Shown: one piece after another, positions 43,960-55,600 of the stretch | Layout of the letters: each line of letters starts with the position of its first letter | How positions within the stretch are numbered: position 1 is the first letter of the stretch | DNA from: Squalus acanthias | Lineage: Eukaryota | NCBI GenBank assembly: GCA_030390025.1 | Contig: JASTWF010000359.1 | Span: forward strand, 248,001-312,000 | Reading direction: 5' to 3' | Length of the DNA: 64,000 nt | The notes under the pieces: generated by a model | The model's database searches: none | What the model was told of the DNA's origin: nothing | What the model saw: the letters and a program-made list of their open reading frames with translations, nothing else | Program-made: the position numbers and the translations under genes

Positions 43960-45612
43960 GTGGGAAATATGGAGATGGCAAAAACACTGAATGAATATTT
44001 TGTATCAGTCTTTACAGTAGAGGACACTAAGAATATCCCAACACTGGACAAACAGGGGGCTATAGGGGGAGAGGAGCTAAACACGATCAAAATCACTAAG
44101 GAAGTGGTACTCGGTAAAATAATGGGACTCAAGGCGGATAAATCACCTGGACCTGATGGCTTACATCCTGGAGTCTTGAAGGAAGTGGCGGTAGGGATTG
44201 TAGATGCATTGGTAATAATTTTTCAAAACTCCCTGGATTCCGCTAAGGTCCCGGCAGAATGGAAAACTGTTAATGTAACACCCTTATTTAAAAAGGGCAG
44301 TAGACAGAAGGCTGGTAACTATAGACCGGTTAGCCTAACATCTGTGGTAGGTAAAATTTTGGAGTCCATTATTAAGGAAACAGTAACAGGACATTTGGAT
44401 AATCATAATTTAATAGGACAAAGTCAGCATGGTTTTACGAAGGGGAAGTCATGTTTGACAAATTTGCTGGAGTTCTTTGAGGAAGTAACATATAGAGTGG
44501 ATAAAGGGAACCCAGTGGACGTCGTGTATTTAGACTTCCAAAAGGCATTTGACAAGGTGCCACACAAAAGATTATTGCTTAAGGTAAAAAATCACGGGAT
44601 TGGGGGTAATATTCTGGCATGGATAGAGGATTGGCTATCTAACAGAAAGCAAAGAGTTGGGATAAATGGTTCATTCTCAGACTGGCAATCAGTAACTAGT
44701 GGTGTTCCACAGGGGTCAGTGCTGGGTCCCCAACTCTTCACAATCTATATTAACGATTTGGAGGAAGGGACCAAGTGTAACATATCAAAATTTGCAGATG
44801 ATACAAAGATGGGAGGGAAAGTAATGAGTGAGGAGGACATAAAAAACCTGCAAGGAGACATAGACAGGCTAAGTAAGTGCGCAGAGATTTGGCAGATGGA
44901 ATACAACACTGGAAAGTGTGAGGTGATGCACTTTGGCAGGAAAAATCTTAATGGCAAGAAACTGGAGAGTACTGAAGTGCAAAGGGATCTGGGGGTCCTG
45001 GTGCACGAAACTCAAAAGGTTAGTATGCAGGTGCAGCAAGTGATTAAGAAGGCAAATGGAATGTTGGCTTTCATTGCTAGGGGGATAGAATATAAAAATA
45101 GGGAGGTATTGCTTCAATTGTACAAGGTATTGGTGAGACCGCACCTGGAATACTGCATACAGTTTTGGTGTCCTTACTTAAGGAAAGACATCCTTGCTCT
45201 CGAGGCAGTGCAAAAAAGGTTCACTCGGTTAATCCCGGGGATGAGGGGGTGGTCATATGAGGAGAGGTTGGGTAGATTGGGACTCTACTCATTGGAGTTC
45301 AGAAGAATGAGAGGCGATCTTATTGAAACATATAAGATTGTGAAGGGGTTGGATCGGGTGGATGCGGGGAGGATGTTCACGATGACGGGTGAGACGAGAA
45401 CTAGGGGACATAGTCTTAGAATAAGGGACTGCTCTTTCAAAACTGAGATGAGGAGGAACTACTTCACTCAGAGGGTGGTAGGTCCATGGAATATGCTGCC
45501 ACAAAAAGCTGTAGAAGCTACAACATTAATTAAATTTAAAACAGAAATAGACAGTTTCCTAGAAGTAAAGGGCATTAAGGGTTACGGGGAGCGGGCAGGA
45601 ATTTGGACATGA
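43960..45612 (+). pseudogene. Truncated LINE ORF2: reverse transcriptase and C-terminal region, no endonuclease (550 open codons), copy 1
   Basis: Motifs KSPGPDG, NYRPVSLTS, QHGF, YLDFQKAFDKVPH, GVPQGSVLGP, catalytic FADD (44791-44802), RDLGV, LVRPHLEY and RGDLIETYK. The 'start' GTG at 43960 is created by the satellite junction. The first ATG is at 43969. Confidence 0.9.
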
Positions 45613-45843
45613 GTCTAGGTTCGGATCGGTCATGGCCCTGTGGGTAGTGGAGCGGGCCGAGGGACTGTGTAGCCTGATTCTGCTCCTATTTCGTGTGTGC
45701 AATTCTGTTAGATGCAGGAGATGGTTCTGTGATAAATAGTAGATTGGCGGTTAGGATCAGATCAGCCATGATCTTATTGAATGGCGGAGCAGGCTCAAGG
45801 GGCCGATTGGCCTACTCCTGCTCCTATTTCTTATGTTCTTATG
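43962..45843 (+). mobile_element. 5'-truncated non-LTR retrotransposon, CR1 clade (HER1-like), copy 1
   Basis: The satellite stops at ...ACTGTTACTGT|GGGAAATATG. The RT ORF carries CR1-type motifs, followed by a ~230-nt 3' UTR with a stem-loop and a (TTCTTATG)2 tail. The satellite then resumes at ATGTGATGTAACTC. ORF1 and the APE endonuclease are absent. Confidence 0.95.
45752..45843 (+). other. Conserved LINE 3' recognition tail (stem-loop plus 8-nt terminal repeat), HER1/HE1-like, copy 1
   Basis: Sequence GATCAGCCATGATCTTATTGAATGGCGGAGCAGGCTC...GGCCTACTCCTGCTCCTATTTCTTATGTTCTTATG. GGAGCAGG (45786-45793) pairs with CCTGCTCC (45817-45824), with an inner GGCC-GATT-GGCC hairpin. TTCTTATG x2 lies at 45828-45843. 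The family assignment is from recall, not from a search. Confidence 0.8.
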
Positions 45844-47725
45844 TGATGTAACTCTAGGACTGTTGCTGTACCGTGTGATATAACTCCAGGACTGTTACTG
45901 TACCGTGTGATATAACTCCAGGAATGTTACTGTACCATGTGATATAACTCCAGGACTGTAACTATACCGTGTGATATAACTCCAGGACTGTTACTGTACC
46001 ATGTGATATAACTCCAGGACCGTTACTGTACCGTGTGATATAACTCCAGGACTGTTACTGTACCGTGTGATTTAACTCCAGGACCGTTACTGTACCATGT
46101 GATCTAACTCCAGGACTGCTACTGTACTGCGTGATATAACTCCAGGACTGTTACTGTACCGTGTGATATAACTCCAGGACCGTTACGGTACCGTGTGATA
46201 TAACTCCAGGACTATTACTGTACCATGTGATATAACTCCGGAACCGTTACTGTACCGTGTGATATAACTCCGGGACTGTTACTGTACCGTGTGATATAAC
46301 TCCAGGACTATTACTGTACCGTGTGATATAACTCCGGTACTGTTACTGTACCGTGTGATATAACTCCGTGATTGTTACTGTACCGTGTGATATAACTCCA
46401 GGACTATTACTGTACCGTGTGATATAACTCCGGTACTGTTACTGTACCATGTGATATAACTCCAGGACTGTTACTGTACCGTGTGACATAACTCCTGGAC
46501 TGTTACTGTACTGTGTGATATAACTCCGGTACTGTTACTGTACCGTGTGATATAACTCCGGGACTGTTACTGTACCTTGTGATATAACTCGAGGACTGTT
46601 ACTGTACCATGTGATATAACTCCAGGACTTTTACTGTACCATGTGATACAACTCCAGGACTGTTACTGTACCATGTGATATAAATCCAGGACCGTTACTC
46701 TACCTTGTGATATAACTCCAGGACCGTTACTGTACATTGTGATATAACTCCAGGACTGTTACTGTACCGTGTGATATAACTCCGGGACCATTACTGTACC
46801 GTGTGACATTACTCCGGGACTGTTACTGTACCCTGTGATATAACTCCGGTACTGTTACTGTACCATGTGATATAACTCCGGGACTGTTACTGTACCTTGT
46901 GATATAACTCGAGGACTGTTACTGTACCATGTGATATAACTCCAGGACTGTTACTGTACCATGTGATATAACTCCAAGACTGTTACTGTACCATGTGATA
47001 TAACTCCAGGACCGTTACTGTACCTTGTGATATAACTCCAGGACCGTTACTGTACTGTGTGATATAACTCCAGGACTGTTACTGTACCGTGTGATATAAC
47101 TCCAGGACTGTTACAGTACCATGTGATATAACGACAGGACCATTACTGTACCGTGTGATATAACTCCAGGACCGTTACTGTACTGTGTGATATAACTCCA
47201 GGACTGTTACTGTACCATGTGATATAACTCCAGGACCGTTACTGTACCTTGTGATATAACTCCAGGACTGTTACTGTACCATGTGATATAACTCCAGGAC
47301 TGTTACTGTACCGTGTGATATAACTCCTGGACTGTTACTGTACCGTGTGATATAACTCCAGGTCTGTTACTGTACATTGTGATTTAACTCCAGGACTGTT
47401 ACTTTACCATGTGATATAACTCCGGGACTGTTACTGTACCTTGTGATATAACTCTGGGACTGTTACTGTACCGTGTGATATAACTCCAGGACTGTTACTG
47501 TACCGTGTGATATAACTCCGGGACTGTTACTGTACCTTGTGATATAACTCTGAGACTGTTACTGTACCGTGTGATATAACTCCAGGACCGTTACTGTACC
47601 GTGTGATATAACTCCGGGACTGTTACTGTACCGTGTGATATAACTCCAGGACTGTTACTGTACCATGTGATATAACTCCTGGACTGTTACTGTACAATGT
47701 GATAAAACTCCGGGACTGTTACTGT
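45841..47725 (+). repeat. 32-bp satellite, segment 2 (59 monomers less 3 bp)
   Basis: Same monomer with substitutions and no net indel; 1885 bp = 59 x 32 - 3. Confidence 0.98.
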
Positions 47726-49376
47726 GGGAAATATGGAGATGGCAAAAACACTGAATGAATATTTTGTATCAGTCTTTACAGTAGAGGACACTAAGAATAT
47801 CCCAACACTGGACAAACAGGGGGCTATAGGGGGAGAGGAGCTAAACACGATCAAAATCACTAAGGAAGTGGTACTCGGTAAAATAATGGGACTCAAGGCG
47901 GATAAATCACCTGGACCTGATGGCTTACATCCTGGAGTCTTGAAGGAAGTGGCGGTAGGGATTGTAGATGCATTGGTAATAATTTTTCAAAACTCCCTGG
48001 ATTCCGCTAAGGTCCCGGCAGAATGGAAAACTGTTAATGTAACACCCTTATTTAAAAAGGGCAGTAGACAGAAGGCTGGTAACTATAGACCGGTTAGCCT
48101 AACATCTGTGGTAGGTAAAATTTTGGAGTCCATTATTAAGGAAACAGTAACAGGACATTTGGATAATCATAATTTAATAGGACAAAGTCAGCATGGTTTT
48201 ACGAAGGGGAAGTCATGTTTGACAAATTTGCTGGAGTTCTTTGAGGAAGTAACATATAGAGTGGATAAAGGGAACCCAGTGGACGTCGTGTATTTAGACT
48301 TCCAAAAGGCATTTGACAAGGTGCCACACAAAAGATTATTGCTTAAGGTAAAAAATCACGGGATTGGGGGTAATATTCTGGCATGGATAGAGGATTGGCT
48401 ATCTAACAGAAAGCAAAGAGTTGGGATAAATGGTTCATTCTCAGACTGGCAATCAGTAACTAGTGGTGTTCCACAGGGGTCAGTGCTGGGTCCCCAACTC
48501 TTCACAATCTATATTAACGATTTGGAGGAAGGGACCAAGTGTAACATATCAAAATTTGCAGATGATACAAAGATGGGAGGGAAAGTAATGAGTGAGGAGG
48601 ACATAAAAAACCTGCAAGGAGACATAGACAGGCTAAGTAAGTGCGCAGAGATTTGGCAGATGGAATACAACACTGGAAAGTGTGAGGTGATGCACTTTGG
48701 CAGGAAAAATCTTAATGGCAAGAAACTGGAGAGTACTGAAGTGCAAAGGGATCTGGGGGTCCTGGTGCACGAAACTCAAAAGGTTAGTATGCAGGTGCAG
48801 CAAGTGATTAAGAAGGCAAATGGAATGTTGGCTTTCATTGCTAGGGGGATAGAATATAAAAATAGGGAGGTATTGCTTCAATTGTACAAGGTATTGGTGA
48901 GACCGCACCTGGAATACTGCATACAGTTTTGGTGTCCTTACTTAAGGAAAGACATCCTTGCTCTCGAGGCAGTGCAAAAAAGGTTCACTCGGTTAATCCC
49001 GGGGATGAGGGGGTGGTCATATGAGGAGAGGTTGGGTAGATTGGGACTCTACTCATTGGAGTTCAGAAGAATGAGAGGCGATCTTATTGAAACATATAAG
49101 ATTGTGAAGGGGTTGGATCGGGTGGATGCGGGGAGGATGTTCACGATGACGGGTGAGACGAGAACTAGGGGACATAGTCTTAGAATAAGGGACTGCTCTT
49201 TCAAAACTGAGATGAGGAGGAACTACTTCACTCAGAGGGTGGTAGGTCCATGGAATATGCTGCCACAAAAAGCTGTAGAAGCTACAACATTAATTAAATT
49301 TAAAACAGAAATAGACAGTTTCCTAGAAGTAAAGGGCATTAAGGGTTACGGGGAGCGGGCAGGAATTTGGACATGA
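47724..49376 (+). pseudogene. Truncated LINE ORF2 (RT domain), copy 2
   Basis: The 550-aa translation is identical to 43960..45612, with FADD intact. Confidence 0.9.
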
Positions 49377-49607
49377 GTCTAGGTTCGGATCGGTCATGGC
49401 CCTGTGGGTAGTGGAGCGGGCCGAGGGACTGTGTAGCCTGATTCTGCTCCTATTTCGTGTGTGCAATTCTGTTAGATGCAGGAGATGGTTCTGTGATAAA
49501 TAGTAGATTGGCGGTTAGGATCAGATCAGCCATGATCTTATTGAATGGCGGAGCAGGCTCAAGGGGCCGATTGGCCTACTCCTGCTCCTATTTCTTATGT
49601 TCTTATG
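47726..49607 (+). mobile_element. 5'-truncated CR1-clade LINE, copy 2
   Basis: Same junctions as copy 1 at an offset of +3764. The ORF-track protein is identical to copy 1. Confidence 0.95.
49516..49607 (+). other. Conserved LINE 3' tail, copy 2
   Basis: Same stem-loop and (TTCTTATG)2 as copy 1. Confidence 0.8.
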
Positions 49608-52600
49608 TGATGTAACTCTAGGACTGTTGCTGTACCGTGTGATATAACTCCAGGACTGTTACTGTACCGTGTGATATAACTCCAGGAATGTTACTGTACC
49701 ATGTGATATAACTCCAGGACTGTAACTATACCGTGTGATATAACTCCAGGACTGTTACTGTACCATGTGATATAACTCCAGGACCGTTACTGTACCGTGT
49801 GATATAACTCCAGGACTGTTACTGTACCGTGTGATTTAACTCCAGGACCGTTACTGTACCATGTGATCTAACTCCAGGACTGCTACTGTACTGCGTGATA
49901 TAACTCCAGGACTGTTACTGTACCGTGTGATATAACTCCAGGACCGTTACTGTACCGTGTGATATAACTACAGGACTACTACTGTACCATGTGATATAAC
50001 TCCGGAACCGTTACTGTACCGTGTGATATAACTCCGGGACTGTTACTGTACCGTGTGATATAACTCCAGGACTATTACTGTACCGTGTGATATAACTCCG
50101 GTACTGTTACTGTACCGTGTGATATAACTCCGTGATTGTTACTGTACCGTGTGATATAACTCCAGGACTATTACTGTACCGTGTGATATAACTCCGGTAC
50201 TGTTACTGTACCATGTGATATAACTCCAGGACTGTTACTGTACCGTGTGACATAACTCCTGGACTGTTACTGTACTGTGTGATATAACTCCGGTACTGTT
50301 ACTGTACCGTGTGATATAACTCCGGGACTGTTACTGTACCTTGTGATATAACTCGAGGACTGTTACTGTACCATGTGATATAACTCCAGGACTTTTACTG
50401 TACCATGTGATACAACTCCAGGACTGTTACTGTACCATGTGATATAAATCCAGGACCGTTACTCTACCTTGTGATATAACTCCAGGACCGTTACTGTACA
50501 TTGTGATATAACTCCAGGACTGTTACTGTACCGTGTGATATAACTCCGGGACCATTACTGTACCGTGTGACATTACTCCGGGACTGTTACTGTACCCTGT
50601 GATATAACTCCGGTACTGTTACTGTACCATGTGATATAACTCCGGGACTGTTACTGTACCTTGTGATATAACTCGAGGACTGTTACTGTACCATGTGATA
50701 TAACTCCAGGACTGTTACTGTACCATGTGATATAACTCCAAGACTGTTACTGTACCATGTGATATAACTCCAGGACCGTTACTGTACCTTGTGATATAAC
50801 TCCAGGACCGTTACTGTACTGTGTGATATAACTCCAGGACTGTTACTGTACCGTGTGATATAACTCCAGGACTGTTACAGTACCATGTGATATAACGACA
50901 GGACCATTACTGTACCGTGTGATATAACTCCAGGACCGTTACTGTACTGTGTGATATAACTCCAGGACTGTTACTGTACCATGTGATATAACTCCAGGAC
51001 CGTTACTGTACCTTGTGATATAACTCCAGGACTGTTACTGTACCATGTGATATAACTCCAGGACTGTTACTGTACCGTGTGATATAACTCCAGGACTTTT
51101 ACTGTACCGTGTGATATAACTCCAGGACCGTTACTGCACTGTGTGATAAAACTCCAGGACTGTTACTGTACCGTGTGATATAACTCCGGGACTGTTACTG
51201 TACCGTGTGTCATAACTTCAGGACTGTTACTGTACCATGTGATATAACTCCGGTACTGTTACTGTACCGTGTGATATAACTCCGGGACTGTTACTGTACC
51301 TTGTGATATAACTCCAAGACTGATACTGTACCATGTGATATAACTCCGGGACTGTTACTGTACCTTGTGATATAACTCCGGGACTGTTGCTGTGCCATGT
51401 GATATAACTCCAGGACTGTTACTGTACCGTGTGATATAACTCCAGGACAGTTACTGTACCTTGTGATATAACTCCAGGACTGTTACTGTACCGTGTGATA
51501 TAACTCCTGGACCGTTACTGTACCTTGTGATATAACTCCAGGACTGTTACTGTACCATGTGATATAACTCCAGGACAGTTACTGTAACGTGCGATATAAC
51601 TCCAGGACCGTTACTGTACCATGTGATATAACTCCAGGACCGTTACTGTACCGTGTGATATAGCTCCAGGACTGTAACTGCACCGTGTGAGATAACTCCA
51701 GGACCGTTACTGTACCGTGTGATATAACTCCAGGACTGTTACTGTACAGTATGATATAACTCCAGGACTCTTACTGTACCGTGTGATATAACTCCAGGAC
51801 CGTTACTGTACCATGTGATATAACTCCAGAAATGTAACTGTACCATGTGATATAACTCCAGGACTGTTACTGTACCGTGTGATATAACTCCAGGACCGTT
51901 ACTGTACCGTGTGATATAACTCCAGGGCCGTTACTCTACCGTGTGATATAACTCTAGGACTGTTACTGTACCATGTGATATAACTCCAGGACTTTTACTG
52001 TACCGTGTGATATAACTCCAGGACCGTTACTGTACCGTGTGATATAACTCCAGGACTGTTACTGTACCGTGTGATATAACTCCAGGACAGTTACTGTACC
52101 TTGTGATATAACTCCAGGACTGTTACTGTACCGTGTGATATAACTCCTGGACCGTTACTGTACCATGTGATATAACTCCAGTACTGTTACTGTACCGTGT
52201 GAGAAAACTCCGGGACTGTTACTGTACCGTGTGATATAACTCCAGGGACTATTACTGTACCGTGTCATATAACTCCAGTACTGTTACTGTACCGTGTGAT
52301 ATAACTCCAGGACTGTTACTGTACTGTGTGATATAACTCCAGGACTGTTACTGTACCATGTGATATAACTCCGGTACTGTTACTGTACCGTGTGATATAA
52401 CTCCAGGACTGTTACTGTACCATGTGATATAACTCCAGGACTGTTACTGTACCATGTGATATAACTCCAGGACTATGACTGTACCGTGTGATATAACTCC
52501 AGGACTGTTACTGTACCATTTGATATAACTCCAGGACTATTACTGTACCGTGTGATATAACTCCAGGACTGTTACTGTACCATGTGATATAACTCCAGGA

Positions 52601-55600
52601 CCGTTACTGGACCGTGTGATATAACTCCAGGACTGTTACTGTACCGTGTGATATAACTCCAGGACCGTTACTGTACCGTGTGATATAACGCCAGGACTGT
52701 TACTGTACCATGTGATATAACTCCGGGACCGTTACTGTACCGTGTGATATAACTCCAGGACTGTTACTGTGCCATGTGATATAACTCTTGGACCGTTACT
52801 GTACCTTGTGATATAACTCCAGGACCGTTACTGTAACTTGTGATATAACTCCAGGACTGTTACTGTACCATGTGATATAACTACAGGACCGTTACTGTAC
52901 CATGTGATATAACTCCAGGACCGTTACTGTACCGTGTGATATAACTCCAGGACTGTTACTGTACCATGTGATATAACTCCAGGACCGTTACTGTACCTTG
53001 TGATATAACTCCAGGACTGTTACTGTACCATGTGATATAACTCCAGGACTTTTACTGTACCGTGTGATATAACTCCAGGACCGTTACTGCACCGTGTGAT
53101 ATAACTCCAGGACTGTTACTGTAGCGTGTGATATAACTCCAGGACCGTTACTGTACCTTGTGATACAACTCCAGGACTGTTACTGTACCGTGTGATATAA
53201 CTCCAGGACCGTTACTGCACCGTGTGATATAACTCCAGGACCGTTACTGTACCGTGTGATATAACTCCAGGACTGTTACTGTACCATGTGATATAACTCC
53301 AGGACCGTTACTGTACCATGTGATATAACTCCGGGACTATTACTTTGCAATGTGATATAACTCCAGGAATGTTACTGTACCTTGTGATATAACTCCAGGA
53401 CTGTTACTGTACCGTGTGATAGAACTCCAGGACCGTTACTGTACCGTGTGATATAACTCCAGTACCGTTACTGGACCGTGTGATATAACTCCAGGACAGT
53501 TACTTTACCTTGTGATAAAACTCCAGGACCGTTACTGTACCGTGTGATATAACTCGAGGACTGTTACTGTACCGTGTGATATAACTCCGGGACTGTTACT
53601 GTACCGTGTGATATAACTCCGGGACTGTTACTGTACCGTGTGATATAACTCTAGGACTGTTACTGTACCGAGTGATATAACTCCAGCACTGTTAATGTAC
53701 CGTGTGATATAACTCCAGGACTGTTACTGTACCGTGTGATATCACTCCAGGACTGTTACTGTACCGTGTGATATAACTCCAGGACCGTTACTGTACCATG
53801 TGATATAACTCTAGGACTGTTTCTGTACCGAGTGATATAACGCCAGCACTGTTACTGTACCGTGTGATATAACTCCAGGACTGTTACTGTACCGTGTGAT
53901 ATAACTCCAGGACTGTTACTGTAACGTGTGATATAACTCCAGGACCGTTACTGTACCGTGTGATATAACTCCAGGACCGTTACTGTACCGTGTGATATAA
54001 CTCCGGGACTGTTACTGTACCGTGTGATATAACTCCAGGACTATTACTGTACCGTGTGATATAACTCCAGGACCGTTACTGTACCATGTGATATAACTCC
54101 AGGACTGATACTGTACCGTGTGATATAACTCCGGGACCATTACTGTACCATGTGTTATAACTGCGGGACTGTTACTGTACCGTGTGATATAACTCCGGGA
54201 CTGTTACTGTACCGTGTGACATAACTCTGGGACTGTTACTGTACCGTGTGATATAACTCCGGTACTGTTACTGTACCGTGTGATATAACTCCGGGACTGT
54301 TACTGTACCATGTGATATAACTCCAGGACCGTTACAGTACCGTGTGATATAACTCCAGGACTGTTACTGTACCGTGTGATATAACTCCGGGACTGTTACT
54401 GTACCGTGTGATATAACTCCAGGACTGTTACTGTACCATGTGATTTCACTCCAGGACTGTTACTGTACCATGTGATATAACTCCAGGACTGTTACTGTAC
54501 CTGGTGATATAACTCCAGGACTGTTACTGTACCGTGTGTTATAACTCCAGGACTGTTACTGTACCGTGTGATATAACTCCGGGACTGTTACTCTACCATG
54601 TGATATAACTCCAGGACCGTTACTGTACCGTGTGATATAACTCCAGGACTGTTACTGTACCGTGTGATATAACTCCTGGACCGTTACTGTACCGTGTGAT
54701 ATAACTCCAGGACCGTTACTGTACCGTGTGATATAACTCCAGGACTGTTACTGTACCATGTGATATAACTCTAGGACCGTTACTGTACCGTGTGATATAA
54801 CTCCAGGACCGTTACTGTACCGTGTGATATAACTCCAGGGCCGTTACTCTACCGTGTGATATAACTCTAGGACTGTTACTGTACCATGTGATATAACTCC
54901 AGGACTTTTACTGTACCGTGTGATATAACTCCAGGACCGTTACTGTACCGTGTGATATAACTCCAGGACTGTTACTGTACCGTGTGATATAACTCCAGGA
55001 CAGTTACTGTACCTTGTGATATAACTCCAGGACTGTTACTGTACCGTGTGATATAACTCCTGGACCGTTACTGTACCATGTGATATAACTCCAGGACTGT
55101 TACTGTACCGTGTGATATAACTCCGGGACTGTTACTGTACCGTGTGATATAACTCCAGGACTATTACTGTACCGTGTCATATAACTCCAGTACTGTTACT
55201 GTACCGTGTGATATAACTCCAGGACTGTTACTGTACCGTGTGATATAACTCCAGGACTGTTACTGTACCATGTGATATAACTCCGGTACTGTTACTGTAC
55301 CGTGTGATATAACTCCAGGACTGTTACTGTACCATGTGATATAACTCCAGGACTGTTACTGTACCATGTGATATAACTCCAGGACTATGACTGTACCGTG
55401 TGATATAACTCCAGGACTGTTACTGTACCATTTGATATAACTCCAGGACTATTACTGTACCGTGTGATATAACTCCAGGACTGTTACTGTACCATGTGAT
55501 ATAACTCCAGGACCGTTACTGGACCGTGTGATATAACTCCAGGACTGTTACTGTACCGTGTGATATAACTCCAGGACCGTTACTGTACCGTGTGATATAA

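Larger units (their letters stand above)
1..43961 (+). repeat. 32-bp tandem satellite array, segment 1 (about 1,370 monomers; begins before the window)
   Basis: The unit GTGTGATATAACTCCAGGACTGTTACTGTACC repeats head-to-tail. The 60-nt line pattern recurs every 480 nt (15 x 32). There are no spacers. Stop codons (TGA/TAA on +, TAA on -) combined with a period not divisible by 3 close all six frames. Confidence 0.99.
43486..51091 (+). repeat. Tandem segmental duplication, 3764-bp unit (LINE + 59 monomers) x2
   Basis: Rare variants (GGTCTG, CATTGTGATTT, CTGAGAC, CCGTGATTG, GACATTAC, ACGACAGG) recur at exactly +3764. Matching fails at 43485/47249 and at 47328/51092, which places the crossover at about 47250-47327. 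Confidence 0.9.

Noticed and set aside
1..43961. CRISPR array (the 32-bp repeat length is CRISPR-like)
   Set aside because: The repeats are directly adjacent with no unique spacers, there are no cas genes or leader, and the context is eukaryotic.
43960..43962. GTG as a genuine start codon
   Set aside because: It is formed by the satellite/LINE junction and the ORF caller's alternative-start rule. The native ORF2 start was lost in the truncation.
43923..45504. Four short minus-strand ORFs (69-91 aa) and their equivalents in copies 2 and 3, including the 121-aa ORF at 58745-59110
   Set aside because: These are antisense shadows of the RT ORF with no recognisable motifs. The 121-aa version exists only because one substitution removed a stop.
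43951..45850. Target-site duplication flanking the LINE
   Set aside because: Apparent flanking similarity is only satellite periodicity. Phase arithmetic shows a net 3-bp loss, not a duplication.
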